Below the pieces are notes generated by a model. It worked only from the letters and a program-made list of their open reading frames with translations. It had not been told where the DNA came from and did not search any database. A program made the translations under genes and the position numbers. This document shows, piece after piece, positions 60,213 to 64,000 of a stretch of DNA of 64,000 bases. The stretch covers positions 560 through 64,559 of the forward strand of contig JAFGLI010000022.1 in the NCBI GenBank assembly GCA_016928115.1, given 5' to 3'. The DNA comes from Candidatus Woesearchaeota archaeon (GTDB lineage: Archaea > Nanobdellota > Nanobdellia > Woesearchaeales > UBA9642). How positions within the stretch are numbered: the first letter of the stretch is position 1; each line of letters opens with the position of its first letter.

Positions 60213-61232
60213 ATGGTTTCAGAAATAATTGAAAAAGCAGATAAAATTTACAGAAAAAACTTTCCTATGGAAACATGGTTTGAAAGGGCTATATTCTTTA
60301 GCTGGTATTGTGCAATAAGAAACTGTAAATTCTGCTATATGAGCACACAGCCCAGAAAAAAAGATCCTGTTAAGGCGAGGAGAAAAGAATCATCCCTGCT
60401 CGCGGAGTTGATATTATGCAAAAAACTCGGCTGGAGGCTTGGCTTTATATCAGGGGGTTTAGGAGCTTTTGAGACTATTGAGTTTGAAAAGATACTTAAA
60501 GACATGCATAAAATAACCAATGAAAAGATGTGGCTTAATATTGGCGCTGTTGATGAGGAAAAGATAAAAAAATTCCTGCCCTACGTAAAAGGCCTTGTAG
60601 GTTCAATAGAAACCATTAACAAAAAAATACATAACTTTATATGCCCTTCAAAGCCCATTGAAAAATATGAAATGATGTTTGAAATAGCTGGGAAATACGG
60701 GCTGAAAAAAGCCATGACAATAATAATAGGCTTAGGAGAAACAATAAAAGATTATTCTAAATTAAAAGAATTCATTGAGAAACACAATATAGAAAAAATA
60801 CATTTTTACGGCCTGAACCCTCAGAAAGGAACTATATTTGAAAATGCTGATCCTCCTTCAGTTGAATATCAGGCAGAATGGATAGCAAGGACAAGGATTG
60901 ATTTCCCTAAAATAGACATTCAATGCGGAATATGGAAGGACAGGACAGACTATATTCCTTTATTATTGAAAGCAGGAGCCAATTCAATAAGCAAATATCC
61001 AATTACAAGATATTTTGCCTCAAAATCAGCACATGAAATTGAAGATTATTCTAAAAAAGCAGGAAGAGCATTCAAAGGAACATTAACAAAAATACCTGAA
61101 AACATAAACTGGGACAAGGAAGTTAATAATCTGGATTTAGATAAAGAAATTAAAGAGAAAGTAAGGAAAAAATTAAAACAGTATCTGAAGAAAATGAAAA
61201 ATAATGTAAAGGAATGGGAAAACAAAAAATGA
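60213..61232 (+). CDS. Radical SAM protein (BioB-related) with a CX4CX2C motif
   Basis: YCAIRNCKFCY, ISGG, IETIN, IIGLGET, PQKGT, AGANS. Confidence 0.85.
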   Translation: MVSEIIEKADKIYRKNFPMETWFERAIFFSWYCAIRNCKFCYMSTQPRKKDPVKARRKESSLLAELILCKKLGWRLGFISGGLGAFETIEFEKILKDMHKITNEKMWLNIGAVDEEKIKKFLPYVKGLVGSIETINKKIHNFICPSKPIEKYEMMFEIAGKYGLKKAMTIIIGLGETIKDYSKLKEFIEKHNIEKIHFYGLNPQKGTIFENADPPSVEYQAEWIARTRIDFPKIDIQCGIWKDRTDYIPLLLKAGANSISKYPITRYFASKSAHEIEDYSKKAGRAFKGTLTKIPENINWDKEVNNLDLDKEIKEKVRKKLKQYLKKMKNNVKEWENKK

Positions 61233-61244
61233 TTGATTATTTCT

Positions 61245-62237
61245 CTAAGAAAATTCCTTCATATAAACATCTAATGAAACTGTTAAAACAGACATTATCA
61301 GAGGCCCCAGTATAAAGCCTATAAACCCAAACATATAAATCCCGCCTATGACACCCAATAAAGCAAGCAAGGGATGCAGTTTTGTTTTTGAAGACACCAA
61401 TCTTGGCCTTAATATATAGTCAAAGCCGTTTATTACCAGAGCACCATATATCAGAATAAAAGAGCCCAATAATGTTGAACTCTGGGCCAGATAAAACACA
61501 CCTAATGGAAACCACACCAGGGGAGGACCTATCAAAGGAATAAAAGATACTATGGCTATAAGGAAACTCCAGAATACAAAATTCGGAACACCTATGAGCC
61601 AGAATCCTATTCCTGCAAGAAGTCCCTGAATAATTGCTATGAGCAACTGACCGTATATTACATTTCTTGTGACTTTTTCCATTTCCTTGACAAAATAACT
61701 CCTGTGCCCTTCTTTCATAGGAAGAATTTTCTTAAATCCCTCGCTGAGTTTATCACCGTCTTTAAACATATAATAAATCACGAAAAACATCACAAATAGC
61801 CCTATAAAAACAAAAAGCATTGAAGTCACCAAACTCGGAATTGCATTAACAAGCCATGACCTGAACTGATTAATGCTGTTCTCAAAATAATGCCTTGAAG
61901 TTTCACCGAACAGATTTGCAATCCTGTCTGAAAAAGTGCCCAGAAAGGTTTGACCTGCTGTATTGTAAACCTGGATTGTCTGCTTAACTAAAAGATTGCC
62001 TAAAAAAATTGTAGGCACAACCAGAAGAGCCAATATTAGCAGGACTATAAGAACGGCTATAAGGCTTTTGAATTTTTTCTTATCTGATAGTTTTTTATAT
62101 ATGGGAAGAAAAGCATATCCTAATATTATGCCTAACAATATATAAGTCAAGAAAGGCCTTATGATGAAAAAAGAAAGTACTATTATAGACAGCATCATTA
62201 TTACAAAGAAATATTTTGAAATCTTTTCTTTATCCAT
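61245..62237 (-). CDS. AI-2E family transporter
   Basis: Multi-TM; SFIPLIG, DYILRPRL, LHPL..GG..FGFIGFILGP. Confidence 0.9.
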   Translation of the reverse strand: MDKEKISKYFFVIMMLSIIVLSFFIIRPFLTYILLGIILGYAFLPIYKKLSDKKKFKSLIAVLIVLLILALLVVPTIFLGNLLVKQTIQVYNTAGQTFLGTFSDRIANLFGETSRHYFENSINQFRSWLVNAIPSLVTSMLFVFIGLFVMFFVIYYMFKDGDKLSEGFKKILPMKEGHRSYFVKEMEKVTRNVIYGQLLIAIIQGLLAGIGFWLIGVPNFVFWSFLIAIVSFIPLIGPPLVWFPLGVFYLAQSSTLLGSFILIYGALVINGFDYILRPRLVSSKTKLHPLLALLGVIGGIYMFGFIGFILGPLIMSVLTVSLDVYMKEFS

Positions 62238-62322
62238 CTGGTATACTCCCCCTTTTTGTATAATTTATAATTATATAAAAAATTAATATTAATAAATGTT
62301 TTGACTTTTGAAAATCAGGGAT

Positions 62323-63612
62323 TTATCTTATTTTCTTCCCTATTTTCTTATTTCCGTTCATATAAGGTATTAAGACTTTAGGAATATTGACTGTGCCGTC
62401 CTTGTTCTGGTTATTCTCTAATATTGGCACTAAAGCTCTTGGCGGAGGTATTAATGTTGCATTCAGGGTGTGAACATATTTAGTTCCTTCCTCTTTTTCC
62501 TTTGAATACCTTATATTGCTCCTCACAGCCTGGTAGGAAGTGCAGTTGCTGCATGAGACCATTTCCCTGTATTTGTTTTGTTTAGGAACCCATGCCTCCA
62601 AGTCATACTTCTTGGCTGCAACAATACCCATTTCACCCGTACATATTAAAACCTGCCTGAATGGGATATTTAATGATTTCCAGAAATCTATGCTGTTTTT
62701 GATTAATTCCTCATGAAGCTTCCATGAGTCCTCCGGCTTTGAGATTATTATCTGCTCTACTTTATCAAACTGATGAACCCTGAATATCCCTTTTGTATCT
62801 TTTCCATGTGAGCCTGCTTCTTTTCTGAAATTAGTACTAAAACCAACTATTTTTATTGGAAGATCATCTTCTTTTAAAATCTCATTTTTATACATTGATA
62901 TCAAAGGATGCTCTGAAGTTCCAATCATATAAAGGTCCTCATCCTGTATTTTATAAATCATTTCCTCGAAATCAGCCATAGATATTACTCCATCATATGA
63001 GTCCCTGTTTATTGCAAAAGGCGGAATAACAAGATTATATCCTTTTTTCAGCATAAAATCAATTCCATAACTTGAAACTGCCCTATGTAATAATGCTAAT
63101 TCCCCTTTAAGAAAATACCATCTTGCCCCGCTTGTCTTTGCTGCCCTTTCAATGTCTGCCCATCCCTGCTTTTTCATAAGTTCAGAATGGCCCATAACAT
63201 CAAAATTGAACTTGGGCTTTTTACCGAATTTTTTTATTTCTTTATTATCCTCTTCATCCTTGCCTTTAGGAACAGACTTATGCAGAACATTGGGGATTTT
63301 TAACAAATAATCAATCATTATTTCTTTTAATTTTGAACTCTTTTCCTCTAGTTTTTTTATCTTTTCAGGTATGGATTTTACCTCTTTTATTATAGGTTTT
63401 ATATCTTTTCCTTCTTTTTTATATTGGTTTATTTTCTCAGAAAGAATATTTCTTTTATGCCTTAGCTCATCTATCTTTTGCTTTATTTCTCTCCATTCCC
63501 TGTCTTTTTTAAGCAAATCATCCAGCCATTTAATCTTTTCCTTCTGGTTTCTTTTCTCAAGGTCTTTTTTTATTACATCAGGGTTTTCCCTTATGAAATG
63601 GATGTCTAGCAT
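62323..63612 (-). CDS. serS: Serine--tRNA ligase
   Basis: MLDIHFIRENP, coiled arm, GTSEHP, FRKEAG, RVHQFDKVEQ, KKYDLEAW, SCSNCT. Confidence 0.97.
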   Translation of the reverse strand: MLDIHFIRENPDVIKKDLEKRNQKEKIKWLDDLLKKDREWREIKQKIDELRHKRNILSEKINQYKKEGKDIKPIIKEVKSIPEKIKKLEEKSSKLKEIMIDYLLKIPNVLHKSVPKGKDEEDNKEIKKFGKKPKFNFDVMGHSELMKKQGWADIERAAKTSGARWYFLKGELALLHRAVSSYGIDFMLKKGYNLVIPPFAINRDSYDGVISMADFEEMIYKIQDEDLYMIGTSEHPLISMYKNEILKEDDLPIKIVGFSTNFRKEAGSHGKDTKGIFRVHQFDKVEQIIISKPEDSWKLHEELIKNSIDFWKSLNIPFRQVLICTGEMGIVAAKKYDLEAWVPKQNKYREMVSCSNCTSYQAVRSNIRYSKEKEEGTKYVHTLNATLIPPPRALVPILENNQNKDGTVNIPKVLIPYMNGNKKIGKKIR

Positions 63613-63650
63613 GTTAATAAAAAATGAGGGATAGAAGTTTATAAAATTTA

Positions 63651-64000
63651 TTATTTTTCAAAAAATTCCCCTAAATCACCATCTTTTTCTTCATCTTCTT
63701 TATTTTTAATTTTACTCTTTTTCTTTAATCCTTCATCATAAAGAGAAATATTGTTCTTTTTAGCCCATTCATAAGCCTCTTTGGCTTTTTCTGTGTATTC
63801 TTTTGTTCCCTTATCAGGCTCTATCTTTGCGCCTTCATTATAGAAAAAATCCATGCCTCTGTTCATTTTCTTGCCCCTTATTGTATGGCTGTCTAATGCA
63901 TAATCAGGTATCTGCATTTTCTCATTTTTTCTTCTTTTGTAATAGAGCCATGCGGGCAGTGTGCAGGTGTCTCTTGACTTATCAGCCCGGCATAAAGCCA
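63651..64000 (-). CDS. 3' part of an MgsA/RarA-like AAA ATPase C-terminal domain (truncated by the window edge)
   Basis: Frame is open to the window end: LCRADKSR...IPDYALDSHT.RG. Confidence 0.55.
   Translation of the reverse strand, partial: ALCRADKSRDTCTLPAWLYYKRRKNEKMQIPDYALDSHTIRGKKMNRGMDFFYNEGAKIEPDKGTKEYTEKAKEAYEWAKKNNISLYDEGLKKKSKIKNKEDEEKDGDLGEFFEK

Noticed and set aside
1-64000. tRNA, rRNA, RNase P RNA or SRP RNA genes
   Set aside because: No GC-rich intergenic segment with cloverleaf, T-loop or other diagnostic motifs was seen by eye. tRNAscan-SE or Infernal would be decisive.

Overview
AT-rich, gene-dense chromosomal segment of a DPANN archaeon, most likely Woesearchaeota/Nanoarchaeota. 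This is inferred from the archaeal-type GlyRS, TyrRS, Rpp21, ABCE1, ZPR1, SepF and PRC-barrel genes, BRE/TATA promoters and a bacterial-type GAPDH. It carries korAB, a ppsA-gap-pgk block, PolB, a large glycogen cluster (GT4, GH57, two DUF5752, GT3, GalT, NDP-sugar pyrophosphorylase, debranching enzyme), secreted Cys-rich proteins and several apparently foreign single-gene insertions. I found no rRNA, tRNA, CRISPR array or transposase. Most notable: (1) a ~143-bp dispersed structured element in two copies, with compensatory base changes and minus-strand G-U pairing, each copy supplying the stop codon of the upstream gene; (2) a large wHTH protein plus a thymidylate synthase homologue lacking its catalytic Cys, divergent from an Lrp gene across four TGTTTCAGGA half-sites; (3) an ABCE1 that has lost exactly the four ligands of one Fe-S cluster; (4) a motor-only MCM and a separate MCM-like winged helix; (5) a secreted protein with an internal T9SS-CTD-like domain. 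All family calls come from motif recognition by eye, not database searches.
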